Both the position numbers and the translations under genes were made by a program. From an uncultured delta proteobacterium (GTDB lineage: Bacteria > Myxococcota_A > Polyangia > Polyangiales > Polyangiaceae), in NCBI GenBank assembly GCA_963716725.1, contig CAVQUB010000021.1:256001-320000 (forward strand): DNA of 64,000 nucleotides. Direction: 5' to 3'. Below are positions 53,521 to 63,014 of the stretch, one piece after another. How positions within the stretch are numbered: the first letter of the stretch is position 1; every line of letters begins with the position of its first letter. The notes under the pieces were generated by a model. The model was not told the origin of the DNA. It did no database searches and was given only the letters and a program-made list of their open reading frames with translations.

Positions 53521-55884
53521 TCACTTGTATCCGCCGCCGCCAGCGAGGGGGTCGCTGCCGAATGGCTTGAATCCGGTGTTCTGGCGGGCGTAGTACTGGC
53601 CGCCGACGTCGATGGCGCGGATCAGCTTGGCGCGCTCGTCGCGGGTCAGGGTCACGCCCTTGTCTTCGGGGTGGAGCGTGCGCGTCCCGCCCTTGATGCC
53701 GGGGTCACTGAACGCCTCACCCAGCTTCCAAGCGGTCTTGTTCGGGTCCGTCGCCGAGACCATGTTGATCTTCTCGATCATCGCGCTGTTGCGGGCGTCG
53801 CTCGGCACGGCCCAGGCCGGCGGAATGGTGCCCGTGATTTGCATCTCGAGCTCGGTGCCCACCTCCATGCCCGCGGGGTAGAAGAGCGACACGTAGCTCG
53901 CCGGGTAGCTGGCGACCTTGTTGTCGTACATCACCGTGATGGGCGTCGTGCTCAGATCGAGGCGCGGGATCTGGTACAGCGTTGTCTCGCCCGTGAGCGG
54001 GTTGTTCATCGTCACGGTGTAGTACTCGGTCGTGCCCGAGTTGTGACAAGACACGCACTTGTCGTCGAGCACCTTCTGAATCTCATTGCCCTCGAAGCCG
54101 GCGTCCGCCTTGTACCAGGGGAACTCGGTGCGCTGGGCGATGGGCTTGTTGAAGTTCATCGGGTGGTCAGCCTTGGTCGGATCACCCTTGCCGGCGGCAG
54201 TGGTGAGCGCCTGCGACCCCGGCATCACCGGGCTCTTGCGGCTCTCGTGGCAACCGCCACACACCCGGTCTTCGCCTGGCATGCCTTGGATCCACAGCGT
54301 CTGGTTGCGGATGGCGAGTTCGAACTCGTCGACGGCCTGGAGATGCACCGGCACGTAGGGCGGAATGGCAGCGAGCCAAGAACCGTCGTCGTAGACCTCT
54401 GCTTCGCCGAGCACGGCCGCGCCTTCGGACATCGTGATTCCGAACATCGTCACGCCCGGAGCGCCTTCGCTGGAGAAGCCCTCGATGATGCGCACCTTCT
54501 TGGCGTGCTTGAGCGCCTCGTCCATCGGCGTGCTCTTGGTGAACTGGGCGCCCGACACGCTGTCGCCGTGCACCGCGGCAAGCGACGTCTGCTTGATGTC
54601 GATGGATCCGAGGACCGCCGGCACGGTCGAGTCCGGGGTGTCTTGGATGGATCCGATGATGGGCGGAGTGGTCCGCTTGACCACCGCCTTGGCGTAGATC
54701 TCCCAGGTTCCTTCGTAGTTCTTCACCAGCTGGTTGGTGCGGGTCTTCGGGTCATAGATGTACACGCCGAAGTCCGGCGGCGTCTGCGACAGCTCGTTCA
54801 GCTCGTTGACGAAGCCCTTGGCCCAACCCGTGAGAATGCGGCCGTCAGGCAGCACCGTGGGAGAGCGATAGCGACCAACGGGAGACGGTGCACGGTCCCG
54901 CGGAACGGCCTCGGAGAGCACCGTGTAGACCGGCTCCTCCTCGTAGAAGGCGGCGGGGTTGTCGGGGTTGCGTGCGTCAATCTGGACCAACGCTCCGGCG
55001 TGGTTGGGTTGCTGGCGGTCGGCGGCGACGGCCACGAACACGTTGGCGACGTTGGTCTCGATGCCCTGAACCAGCGAGTTCGACGGCTTGCCGTGTTGAC
55101 CACTGACCGCCGTCATCTGCGTGCAGTCGGGGTTCGAGGCAAAGAGCTTCGAATCGTTGACGTTCTCGAGGTGCTCCCAGCGGGTGAAACCGACGCGACC
55201 ATCTTGCATCGCGAAGGGGTTGACTGTGTGCGACAGGTTTTGCGAGCAGAGCTTGCGATCCGCGTCACCACCCGTGACCGAGACGAAGGCGAGCTGCGAG
55301 ACTTCACGGCTGTGGTTGTACTCGTCTGCGCGAGTCCCCATCTCGGTGTAGCCCTGGTTGGTCACGAAGGCGATCTTGTCGCCGGGGATCCACGCAGGCT
55401 GGATGTCGTCGTGGTCGCCGAAAGTGAGCTGGTGGATCTCGAACTTGCCGTCGTCCCCGGGCTGCAGACTGGCCCAGTACAGGTGGTACGAGTCGCTGCC
55501 GTTCTGCTTCATCGAAAACACGACCTTCGTGCCCTCGAAGTTCAGGTCGAGACCGGAGATGTCCGCGGTCTTGAAGTCCGAGATGATGTTCTCGGCGTTG
55601 CCCGTGGACAGATTGAAGATCTCGAGGCGCCCGCCCGGAACGAAGCGGTCGTAGTTCAGGACCTGCCCTTCGCCGTCCGCGACGTGCACGTTGTAGGTGC
55701 CGTCCTCGTTCATCGATGTCGTCTGCCGCACTGCGTAGACGAGCTGCTTCACATTCTTGATTGCGGGGCCCTCGGACTCCTCGCCCTTGTCGCTGGCGCA
55801 GCTCGACGCGGTCAAACCGAGAGCTACCAGGAAGGGGAGAGCGAGAGCGCGAACTAGGCGACGGCGCGAAGAGGTCTGTGCCAT
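53521..55884 (-). CDS. hydrazine synthase alpha-subunit-like lipoprotein (beta-propeller + middle domain + two c-type heme motifs)
   Basis: Lipobox ASSC; PD40/TolB-like repeats; GFTRWEH; LGEAEVYDDGS...LQAVD...QGMPGEDRVCGGCHE; second heme motif CVSCH; GGAGG RBS before ATG 55884. Confidence 0.78.
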   Translation of the reverse strand: MAQTSSRRRLVRALALPFLVALGLTASSCASDKGEESEGPAIKNVKQLVYAVRQTTSMNEDGTYNVHVADGEGQVLNYDRFVPGGRLEIFNLSTGNAENIISDFKTADISGLDLNFEGTKVVFSMKQNGSDSYHLYWASLQPGDDGKFEIHQLTFGDHDDIQPAWIPGDKIAFVTNQGYTEMGTRADEYNHSREVSQLAFVSVTGGDADRKLCSQNLSHTVNPFAMQDGRVGFTRWEHLENVNDSKLFASNPDCTQMTAVSGQHGKPSNSLVQGIETNVANVFVAVAADRQQPNHAGALVQIDARNPDNPAAFYEEEPVYTVLSEAVPRDRAPSPVGRYRSPTVLPDGRILTGWAKGFVNELNELSQTPPDFGVYIYDPKTRTNQLVKNYEGTWEIYAKAVVKRTTPPIIGSIQDTPDSTVPAVLGSIDIKQTSLAAVHGDSVSGAQFTKSTPMDEALKHAKKVRIIEGFSSEGAPGVTMFGITMSEGAAVLGEAEVYDDGSWLAAIPPYVPVHLQAVDEFELAIRNQTLWIQGMPGEDRVCGGCHESRKSPVMPGSQALTTAAGKGDPTKADHPMNFNKPIAQRTEFPWYKADAGFEGNEIQKVLDDKCVSCHNSGTTEYYTVTMNNPLTGETTLYQIPRLDLSTTPITVMYDNKVASYPASYVSLFYPAGMEVGTELEMQITGTIPPAWAVPSDARNSAMIEKINMVSATDPNKTAWKLGEAFSDPGIKGGTRTLHPEDKGVTLTRDERAKLIRAIDVGGQYYARQNTGFKPFGSDPLAGGGGYK

Positions 55885-56065
55885 TGGTTTCCTCCGAGGG
55901 GGGTTGCCCCGTAGCTTCCAAAAGCAGAATCCAGGCCAACCAGAAAACCCTGAGATCTGCGGTAGGTTCGCGGCCCACCGAGGGTGCCTGCCCCCACCGG
56001 GGTGGCCGGGCGCGGGGGCCGCTCCCCCCTGGCCCCCACCGGTGCGGGCCTCGTAGAGTGCCCCG

Positions 56066-56729
56066 GTGAACCTCCAGTGGGACGAGCGCGGGTTGATTGT
56101 GGCGGTGGCCCAAGACCGGCTGACAGGTGAAGTGCGCATGGTCGCGTGGATGAACGAGGCTTCCCTCGCAGCGACCCGCGAGACGGGCTTCGCTACCTTC
56201 TTCAGCCGATCGCGGGGCGAGCTCTGGCAGAAAGGAGCGACCAGCGGCAATCGCCTCCGAGTCCTCTCGGTCACTGCGGACTGCGATGGCGACACCCTGC
56301 TCTTGGCTGTCGACCCCGAAGGACCCTCGTGCCACACCGGCCGTTCGAGCTGTTTCTTCCAACCGCTCGACGAGGCCTCGCGCGAACTCCCACCCATCTT
56401 GGTCGATTCTCGAATCCGCGATCGCCGCACGGGCGAGCAGTACGGCCAGCGAGAGCTACACCCGGTCGCTACTCGACGGGGGTGCTCCACAGATCGGCGC
56501 CAAGCTCACGGAAGAAGCCGCAGAGTTGGCGGCCGCGATCGCCAGCGAGTCCGACGAGCGAGTCATCGCGGAGAGCGCGGACGTCCTCTTTCACTTGCTG
56601 GTGGGACTGCGGTCCAGACAGGTAGCGCTTCGCGAAGTACTTCATGAGCTCGCGCGCCGGGTCGGCACGAGCGGGCACGCGGAGAAGCGGTCGCGTGGGC
56701 CCGGGGGCGGCGGCCCGCAGCAGGTTTGA
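56066..56729 (+). CDS. hisIE: bifunctional phosphoribosyl-AMP cyclohydrolase / phosphoribosyl-ATP pyrophosphatase; 1-nt frameshift near 56402
   Basis: HisI motifs SRSR..LWQKG, DCDGD, CHTGRSSCF; HisE motifs SYTRSL, KLTEEAAE, ESADVLFH in the next frame. Confidence 0.9.
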
Positions 56730-56816
56730 CCCTGCTCCAAGTGGCCGATATTGTGGGCCACTCGCGTAAACGCTGCCGGTCATCTCGGCCGGACCCCTCC
56801 CCGCGGAAAGCTCGAA

Positions 56817-58898
56817 ATGAAGGTATTGGTCTTCGAAGCGGACGCACAATTCGCGGCGCTCATCCAAGGCGGTCTCGCTGCTCTGGGCTGCGAGACGACG
56901 ATCGTCGATGAAGCGAACGTGGGATTGCAGGAGGCGGCTTCGAACAAGCCCGATCTGATCCTGCTCTCGATCGAGCTTCCGAAGATGAACGGGTTCTCGG
57001 TCTGCAACAAGCTCAAGCGTGACCCCTCGCTCAAGGACGTTCCGCTGATCATCATGAGCAGCGACTCGACGGAAGAGACCTTCGAGCAGCACCGGCGCCT
57101 GCGCACGCGCGCCGAGGACTACGTGCACAAGCCCATCGACTTCGTGGACTTGATGGGCCATGCGAGAGCGTTCGTCGCGCTACCGGACAGCGGCGGGATG
57201 ACCGACCCGCCGCCAAGCGACGACATCGTCATCGACGACGAAATCGTGCTCGACGACGCGCAGCCGCTCGCTGAAGACGCCGGCGCGGAAGGCTCGCTCG
57301 ACGACGTATTCGACTCGCTGCAGCAGAAGCCGAGCGAGCCCACACCCGCACCCACACCCGAGCCTGAGCCCGCACCCGAGCCCGCACCCGAGCCCGCGCA
57401 AGAGGCCGCGCCGCCACCGCCCCCGGTGGCATCGGTACCGCCACGGGCGTCCGCAGAGCCGGCCCTGCAGGCGGAAGTCGACAAGCTCCGCGCCCGCAAC
57501 GCCGAGCTCGAGACCGACCTCGACGCCTTCAGGCAGAAAATAGCCGGCCTCGAAGACGGCGCCAGCCGGGAGGCGAGCAAAGACGCCGAAGTCCAGAAGC
57601 TCAAGCGCGAGCTCGACGACACCAAGGCCAAGCTGGCCTCGTCGAGCAAAGGTGGCGGCAGCTCGGCCCGCGAGTTCCTGGACTTGCGCGAGCAGCTCAA
57701 CAAGAAGGACAAAGAGCTGCTGGACCTGCGCGAGCAGGCCACCGGCAAAGACAAGGAGCTGCTCGGGCTCCGCGACTCGGCGCTGAAGCTCGACCGCGAC
57801 AAAGCGGATCTCAACGACCGGATCGCCGAGCTCGAGTCGCAGCTGTCCGACGCGCAGAAGAACCTGGACGTAACCCGCGCCGACAAGGAACAAGCCAGCA
57901 AGCGCGCGGACGACTTCAAGCGCAAGAGCGAGAAGCTGACCGGCGATCTGGAAGCCAAGAGCAGAGAGCTCGACGACGAAAAAGAAGCCAACGTCCGCGA
58001 GTTCGCAACGCGAGACGCGAAAGAGGCTTCTCTGCGGGTCGAGCACCAGGAGCAGCTCGAAGCGGCGGAGGAGAAACGCAAGGCGGACGTCGCCGCGGCA
58101 GAGGAGCAAGGCCGGACGAACCTCGCGGAGGCGGTCGAGCAGGCCCGGAGCGAGGCGGCGGACGCAGAGGCCGCTGCCCTCGAAGCGGCCGCCCAGGCAG
58201 CGGAGCGCGCCAAGGCGGAGGCCATCACCCAACGCGAGAGCGAGCTGAAGAAGGAATACGACTCGAAGATGGCCGCACTGCATCGCGCCAACGAAGACGC
58301 GATGAACAAGCTCAAGGCCGAGCACGCCCAGGCGATGGAGGACGCAAACGCGGCTTCCAAGCTGCGCCTCGCCGATCGCGAGTCCGAGCTCGCTGCCGCT
58401 CGCGCACAGTCGGAGGCCGAGCTCACCGCCGCCCACGACGGCACGAAGGCCGAGCTCGGCGAGACGCGGGAGAAGCTCCGGGCGGTCGAGCAGGCCAAGG
58501 AGGAGAGCGAGGCCGCCCGCGACGCGCAGATCGCGTCCCTGAAGGGCGATCTCCAGGAGCGGACAGAGGAACGCGACGCGGCCAACGGGACCATCCGCGA
58601 TCGCGACGCCAAGATCGCCGAGCTCGAGAGCGCGCTCGCGACGGAGAAGACCGAGCTGGCGTCCGCCCGCGAGACCATCCAGACGCGTGACGGGCGAGTC
58701 TTCCAGCTCGAGGCCGAGTTGGCCGCGACCCGGGGCGATCTGGACACGACCAGCGCCAACCTGGCCGCGGAGGCCAACCGCTTGACCAAGGCCCGCGCGA
58801 AGTGGGGCGAGGACAAGGGGGCGCTCGAACGAGCCAAGGACGCCTTGGCGGCGGCTCTCTCGCAGATCGAGGACGCTGAAAACCGGCCCTTCGACTGA
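56817..58898 (+). CDS. FrzS-like atypical receiver + long coiled-coil protein
   Basis: Pseudo-receiver (DLILLSIELP; FEQHRRLRTRAEDYVHKP), Pro-rich linker, more than 450 aa of coiled coil. Confidence 0.8.
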   Translation: MKVLVFEADAQFAALIQGGLAALGCETTIVDEANVGLQEAASNKPDLILLSIELPKMNGFSVCNKLKRDPSLKDVPLIIMSSDSTEETFEQHRRLRTRAEDYVHKPIDFVDLMGHARAFVALPDSGGMTDPPPSDDIVIDDEIVLDDAQPLAEDAGAEGSLDDVFDSLQQKPSEPTPAPTPEPEPAPEPAPEPAQEAAPPPPPVASVPPRASAEPALQAEVDKLRARNAELETDLDAFRQKIAGLEDGASREASKDAEVQKLKRELDDTKAKLASSSKGGGSSAREFLDLREQLNKKDKELLDLREQATGKDKELLGLRDSALKLDRDKADLNDRIAELESQLSDAQKNLDVTRADKEQASKRADDFKRKSEKLTGDLEAKSRELDDEKEANVREFATRDAKEASLRVEHQEQLEAAEEKRKADVAAAEEQGRTNLAEAVEQARSEAADAEAAALEAAAQAAERAKAEAITQRESELKKEYDSKMAALHRANEDAMNKLKAEHAQAMEDANAASKLRLADRESELAAARAQSEAELTAAHDGTKAELGETREKLRAVEQAKEESEAARDAQIASLKGDLQERTEERDAANGTIRDRDAKIAELESALATEKTELASARETIQTRDGRVFQLEAELAATRGDLDTTSANLAAEANRLTKARAKWGEDKGALERAKDALAAALSQIEDAENRPFD

Positions 58899-58913
58899 GA
58901 AGCTATTTGGCGG

Positions 58914-58987
58914 CACGCCCGGAGGGACTCGAACCCCCGACCACTAGATTAGAAATCCAGCGCTCTATCCAGCTGAGCTACGGGCGC
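58914..58987 (-). tRNA. tRNA-Arg (anticodon UCU)
   Basis: GCGCCCG TAGCTCAGCTGGATAGAGC G CTGGA TTTCTAA TCTAG TGGTC GGGGG TTCGAGT CCCTC CGGGCGT G; folds into a cloverleaf. Confidence 0.95.
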
Positions 58988-59037
58988 AGGCTGGCTTCAC
59001 CTGTCACATTCGGGCGGATTTTTCAAAGGGAAGCGCG

Positions 59038-59316
59038 ATGATCGATGACAGAAGGGCGATCTTGGCGCGTCGAGCGAGCTTCGTTGCGGCCGCCATCGCG
59101 AGCGCCGGGGTGGGCGGCGCGACCTCGGCCTGCGCGAGACCCGCGGTATGCCTCGAGCCTCCCCCGACTCGAATCGAGGTGATCGTGCCCGAGGCGGACG
59201 CGGGTCCGGCGGACGAACCAGCTGATGGAGAGCTGCCGGAGCGGAGCCCCGGCCCTCAGGCGCCCGCTCCAGTGCCCACCGAGCCCTCGCCGCGGATCTG
59301 CTTGAGCGAGCTTTGA
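59038..59316 (+). CDS. small exported (lipo)protein with repeated PxxCL motifs
   Basis: ILARRASFVAAAIA..SAC, PAVCLE, acidic Pro-rich linker, PRICLS. Confidence 0.6.
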   Translation: MIDDRRAILARRASFVAAAIASAGVGGATSACARPAVCLEPPPTRIEVIVPEADAGPADEPADGELPERSPGPQAPAPVPTEPSPRICLSEL

Positions 59317-59359
59317 CGCCGCGCGCCTCGGCCACACCCTGCTAGCGTCTCCCAGCCAG

Positions 59360-60565
59360 GTGCCGCGTTATCGCTGGGTCGTTTGGATCCTGAGCTGGAT
59401 CGCCTACGCCTCGTACTACACGGGACGCAAGGGCCTCAGTGTCTCCAAGACGTCGCTTCACGATCGCCTCGGCGTGTCCGAGGGCGCGCTCGGCGCCATC
59501 GATACTGCCTATCTCGCGGCCTACTCCGCCGGACAGTTCGTCAGCGGGTTTGCCGGTGATCGCATCGGCTCGCGACGTCTCGTGGGCGCCGGCATGCTCG
59601 CGTCGGCGATTGCATGCGCTGCGTTTGGAGCTTCCAGCACGGCCCTCCTGTTCGGGGTGTTCTTCTGCTTGAACGGGCTCGCCCAATCCACTGGCTGGCC
59701 GGGTACGACCCGATCGATGGCGGAGTGGACCACCCGCGAGAACCGCGGCTCGGTCATGGCCTTCTGGGCCACCTGCTACCAGGTCGGCGGGGTCCTCGCG
59801 ACAGGACTCGCGGCATTCCTTCTGGGCCGATACGGCTGGCGGGCCGCGTTCTTCGGTCCCGCGCTGTGGCTCGCAGTCGTGGGCGTGGCGGTCTGGCTGT
59901 GGCTCGCTCCGGGACCCGCGGTGGCCTCCGCCGGCGAGACAGCAACGCGGGAGAGGCGAGCAGCCCAGCGTGCCGTGCTGAGAAACCCCGTGCTCTGGTG
60001 CTATGGCGCGAGCTACTGCACCATCAAATTCATTCGCTACGCGCTGCTGTTCTGGCTCCCGTACTTTCTGGCCAAGAAGCGCGGCTATGGCGAAGAACAG
60101 GCGGGCTACGTGTCCACCGCGTTCGAGGTCGGGGGCGTGGTTGGGGTGATCACGCTGGGGATCGCTTCGGATCGGCTCAAACGCTACTCGCGTTCGCTAC
60201 TGTCCGCCGTGGGACTGGTGACGCTGACGCTCGCGCTCTTGTCGTACTCGCGAATCGACTCGAGCTCGACCTGGACCAACGTCATCGGCCTCGCGCTGAT
60301 CGGTGCGGCGTTGTTCGGACCTGACGCGTTACTGTCGGGCGCCGCGTCGCAAGACGCCGGGGGCCCCCACGCCGCGGCCACGGCCGCGGGGTTCGTCAAC
60401 GGCATGGGCTCCGTGGGTGCGGTGCTCGAAGGCATAGTCGTGCCGGCCATCAGCAAGCGCTACGGATGGGAAGCCGTATTCCACCTGTTCATCGCCCTCG
60501 CCCTGCTCGGAGCGCTCCTCTTGGTCCCGACCTTCAAGTCCGCACCCTCTCCCAGGGCCGGGTGA
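59360..60565 (+). CDS. MFS transporter, organophosphate:Pi antiporter (GlpT/UhpT) family
   Basis: YYTGRK, GDRIGSRR, QSTGWPG, RYALLFWLP, FGPD, AAGFVNG. Confidence 0.88.
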   Translation: MPRYRWVVWILSWIAYASYYTGRKGLSVSKTSLHDRLGVSEGALGAIDTAYLAAYSAGQFVSGFAGDRIGSRRLVGAGMLASAIACAAFGASSTALLFGVFFCLNGLAQSTGWPGTTRSMAEWTTRENRGSVMAFWATCYQVGGVLATGLAAFLLGRYGWRAAFFGPALWLAVVGVAVWLWLAPGPAVASAGETATRERRAAQRAVLRNPVLWCYGASYCTIKFIRYALLFWLPYFLAKKRGYGEEQAGYVSTAFEVGGVVGVITLGIASDRLKRYSRSLLSAVGLVTLTLALLSYSRIDSSSTWTNVIGLALIGAALFGPDALLSGAASQDAGGPHAAATAAGFVNGMGSVGAVLEGIVVPAISKRYGWEAVFHLFIALALLGALLLVPTFKSAPSPRAG

Positions 60566-60568
60566 GCT

Positions 60569-61297
60569 TCATCTCTCGAATCGCTGCCAATCGCTGCCAA
60601 TGAGGCGTTCGTGGGGCAAAAACCGCGCTTTGTAGCGCATGCGATCGCAGTCGCCGATGTAGAGGCCCAGGTAGAGATATTCGAGTCCCCAGCTCAGACA
60701 CAGCTCGATTTGCTTCATGATCGAGAACGTCCCGATGCCGAGTTTGTCGTGGGCGGGGTCGTAGTAGCAGTACACGGCGGACAGCGACGCCTCGGCCCGG
60801 TCGGTCACCGCCACGCCGATCAACGATTCTCCCAGGTAGTAGCGCAGCTCGAACGACTCGCAGCACGAAGCGACCAAGAAGTCCGTGTAGTCAGCCGCTT
60901 CGATCTGCCGCGCGTCGTCGATGAGCCCGCGCCCGAGCTTGTGCTGATTGTAGAGGTCGACCCGAGTGGGATCGGTGATCGCTGGTCCGATCTCGACGCG
61001 CAACGCGGCTGCGGCACGCTTCACGCCGCGTCGCAGCGAGCGACTCGGGAGGATCTCACGCACCGGGATTCGGATCGGCTCGCAGGCTCGACATTCCGGG
61101 CACTGGGGCCGGTACAGCACCAATCCTTGGCGACGATCGCCAGAGTGGAGGCGAACGTCGAGCTCGGCGCGACTCAGCTCACGAATGGGCAGCCGCAACG
61201 GCAACCGCGCCGTGCGTTCCGGCAGGTAGGGGCAACGGCTCGGCTTGTCGAGGACCAGGAGCTCCGGCGGCTCACCTGGGATGAGCGGAATGCTCAT
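60569..61297 (-). CDS. ATE1-like aminoacyl-tRNA-protein transferase (Bpt/arginyltransferase family)
   Basis: CPYLP, GDRRQG, YRPQCPECRAC..IRI, LSAVYCYYDP, YLYLGLYI, MRYK. Confidence 0.9.
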   Translation of the reverse strand: MSIPLIPGEPPELLVLDKPSRCPYLPERTARLPLRLPIRELSRAELDVRLHSGDRRQGLVLYRPQCPECRACEPIRIPVREILPSRSLRRGVKRAAAALRVEIGPAITDPTRVDLYNQHKLGRGLIDDARQIEAADYTDFLVASCCESFELRYYLGESLIGVAVTDRAEASLSAVYCYYDPAHDKLGIGTFSIMKQIELCLSWGLEYLYLGLYIGDCDRMRYKARFLPHERLIGSDWQRFER

Positions 61298-62625
61298 GCG
61301 ACCTTGGCGCGACGCGCCAAGCGGCCGGCTTGCTCCCGAGCAACGCGCACGACGCGATCGACCTCGAGCGTCGTGAGCTGCCCGTGATCGACCACCGCTC
61401 GACCTCCGACGAACACGTGCTCGACGTCGCGGGCCTGCGTGGCGTAGACGAGCGTGCCGACGGGATCGGGGGTGGGCACGCTGTGCGGCCCCTTGGTCCC
61501 GACGACGACGACGTCCGCGCTCTTCCCGAGCTCCAGCGACCCAATTTGGTGAGCGAGCCCGAGCACGCGCGCCCCGTCGATGGTCGCGAGCCGCAGCACT
61601 TGTCGCGCCGGCAGCGCCCCCGGCCCGGCGACCCCGCTCGACAGCAACGCCGCGTGGCGCATCTCGAGCCAAGGATCGAGGTTGTTGTTGCAGGGCGCGC
61701 CGTCGGCGCCAAGGCCGACGGTCAGGCCCGTGGCTCGCATCTTTGCCACCGCGGCGATGCCGCTACCCAGTTTCAGATTGGCGCTCGGGCAGTGAACCAC
61801 GCTGGTCTCGTCCTGCGCGAGCCGTCGCATCTGGGCGGAAGTCAGCTGAACGCCGTGGGCGATGGAGGCGCGCGGCCCGTAGAAGCCCCAGCGTCGCAAG
61901 ATCACGACGTCGTCAGCGCCGAGCGCGCTGCGGACCGCGAGCCGTTCTCCGGGGTGCTCGGCCGCGTGGGTGTGCATCACCGCGTGGGAGGCCCGTGCGC
62001 GCTCGCAGGCGCCTCGGATCAGCCGCTCGGAGCACGAAAGGATGAATCGAGGGATCCAAGCGTAGTGCACCCGCCCCGATTCGTGGCTGGACCAACGACG
62101 TTCCAGCCTTTCCCCGTCGTCGAGCGCGTGAGAAAGGCGCTCTTTCAACTGCCGCGGAACCCCGGCGCCAGAATCCATCAGGCTCTTGCCACCGACGACC
62201 CGGATCCCAGACCGGACGCAGGCGTCGAAGACCGCGTCGTGATGGTGCACAGTGCCGAGATCGAGCGCGGCGGTGGTTCCCGCGAGCAGCATCTCGGCCA
62301 GGCCGAGTTCGGCGCTGGCGCGAATGCTGACTTCGTCATGAGCGGCCTCCAGGGGCCAGATGCGCTTCCTCAGCCATTCGAGCAGCGGCAGGTCGTCGGC
62401 CATTCCGCGCATCAGGACCTGACACAGGTGGACGTGCGCCATGATCAGGCCGGGCAGCACGATGCAGTCGCGGGCATCGATGGTGCGCACCCCGTTCGGT
62501 GCGCGGACGCGCCCCAGCCCCGCGATACGTCCGTCGCGGATCAGCAGATCGCCGCGGATGACCCGGTCAGCGGCGTCGCAGGTGACCAAGGTCGCCCCGC
62601 GGATGAGCGTCGCGCTGACGGTCAT
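61294..62625 (-). CDS. amidohydrolase (MtaD / 5'-deoxyadenosine-deaminase-like)
   Basis: AHVH, HTHAAE, AHGV, HCPSANLKLGSG, GADGAPCNN. Confidence 0.88.
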   Translation of the reverse strand: MTVSATLIRGATLVTCDAADRVIRGDLLIRDGRIAGLGRVRAPNGVRTIDARDCIVLPGLIMAHVHLCQVLMRGMADDLPLLEWLRKRIWPLEAAHDEVSIRASAELGLAEMLLAGTTAALDLGTVHHHDAVFDACVRSGIRVVGGKSLMDSGAGVPRQLKERLSHALDDGERLERRWSSHESGRVHYAWIPRFILSCSERLIRGACERARASHAVMHTHAAEHPGERLAVRSALGADDVVILRRWGFYGPRASIAHGVQLTSAQMRRLAQDETSVVHCPSANLKLGSGIAAVAKMRATGLTVGLGADGAPCNNNLDPWLEMRHAALLSSGVAGPGALPARQVLRLATIDGARVLGLAHQIGSLELGKSADVVVVGTKGPHSVPTPDPVGTLVYATQARDVEHVFVGGRAVVDHGQLTTLEVDRVVRVAREQAGRLARRAKVA

Positions 62626-63014
62626 CGGCGGAATACGAACGCCTCCGGCAAGAGCGCCGCGAGGGTGGTTTGACGGCGGTCCGTCGCGGTTGTGGAGACG
62701 ATGACGGCCGCGGGCCCGAACTCCTGGATCACTTGCCGGCAAATGCCGCAGGGCAAGGCCGGCGTTTCCGCTTCGGTGTGGACGGCGACGGCCAAGATCT
62801 CGGACTCGCCGGCCGCAACGGCGGCGCCGATGGCGTTGCGCTCCGCGCACACTGTGGCGCCGAAGCTGGCGTTCTCCACATTGCAGCCCACGTAGGCCTC
62901 TCCGCTCCCTGCTCGCACCGCGGCTCCAACCCGGAACTGCGAATAAGGCGCGTGAGCGTGCTGCCTCACCGCTCGGGCAAGCGCTTCGAGCCCGGGTAGA
63001 TCGAGGTCGGTCAT
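62622..63014 (-). CDS. cdd: cytidine deaminase (tetrameric type)
   Basis: APYSQFRVGAA, GCNVENAS, CAERNA, PCGICRQ. Confidence 0.93.
   Translation of the reverse strand: MTDLDLPGLEALARAVRQHAHAPYSQFRVGAAVRAGSGEAYVGCNVENASFGATVCAERNAIGAAVAAGESEILAVAVHTEAETPALPCGICRQVIQEFGPAAVIVSTTATDRRQTTLAALLPEAFVFRR

Noticed and set aside
53521..55884. Evidence for anammox metabolism
   Set aside because: No hzsB/C, hdh or other planctomycete-type genes; the context is myxobacterial.
56390..56410. Programmed ribosomal frameshift in hisIE or the S8 peptidase
   Set aside because: No slippery heptamer or stimulatory structure; a sequencing error is more parsimonious.
57338..57398. 12-bp repeats in the FrzS-like gene
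   Set aside because: Ordinary PEPA/PTP Pro-rich linker coding sequence.
58908..58935. tRNA 3' end as integration site (att duplication); the gene ends G-CCG-CCA
   Set aside because: I saw no second copy of the tRNA 3' end and no integrase in the window; CCA can be added post-transcriptionally.
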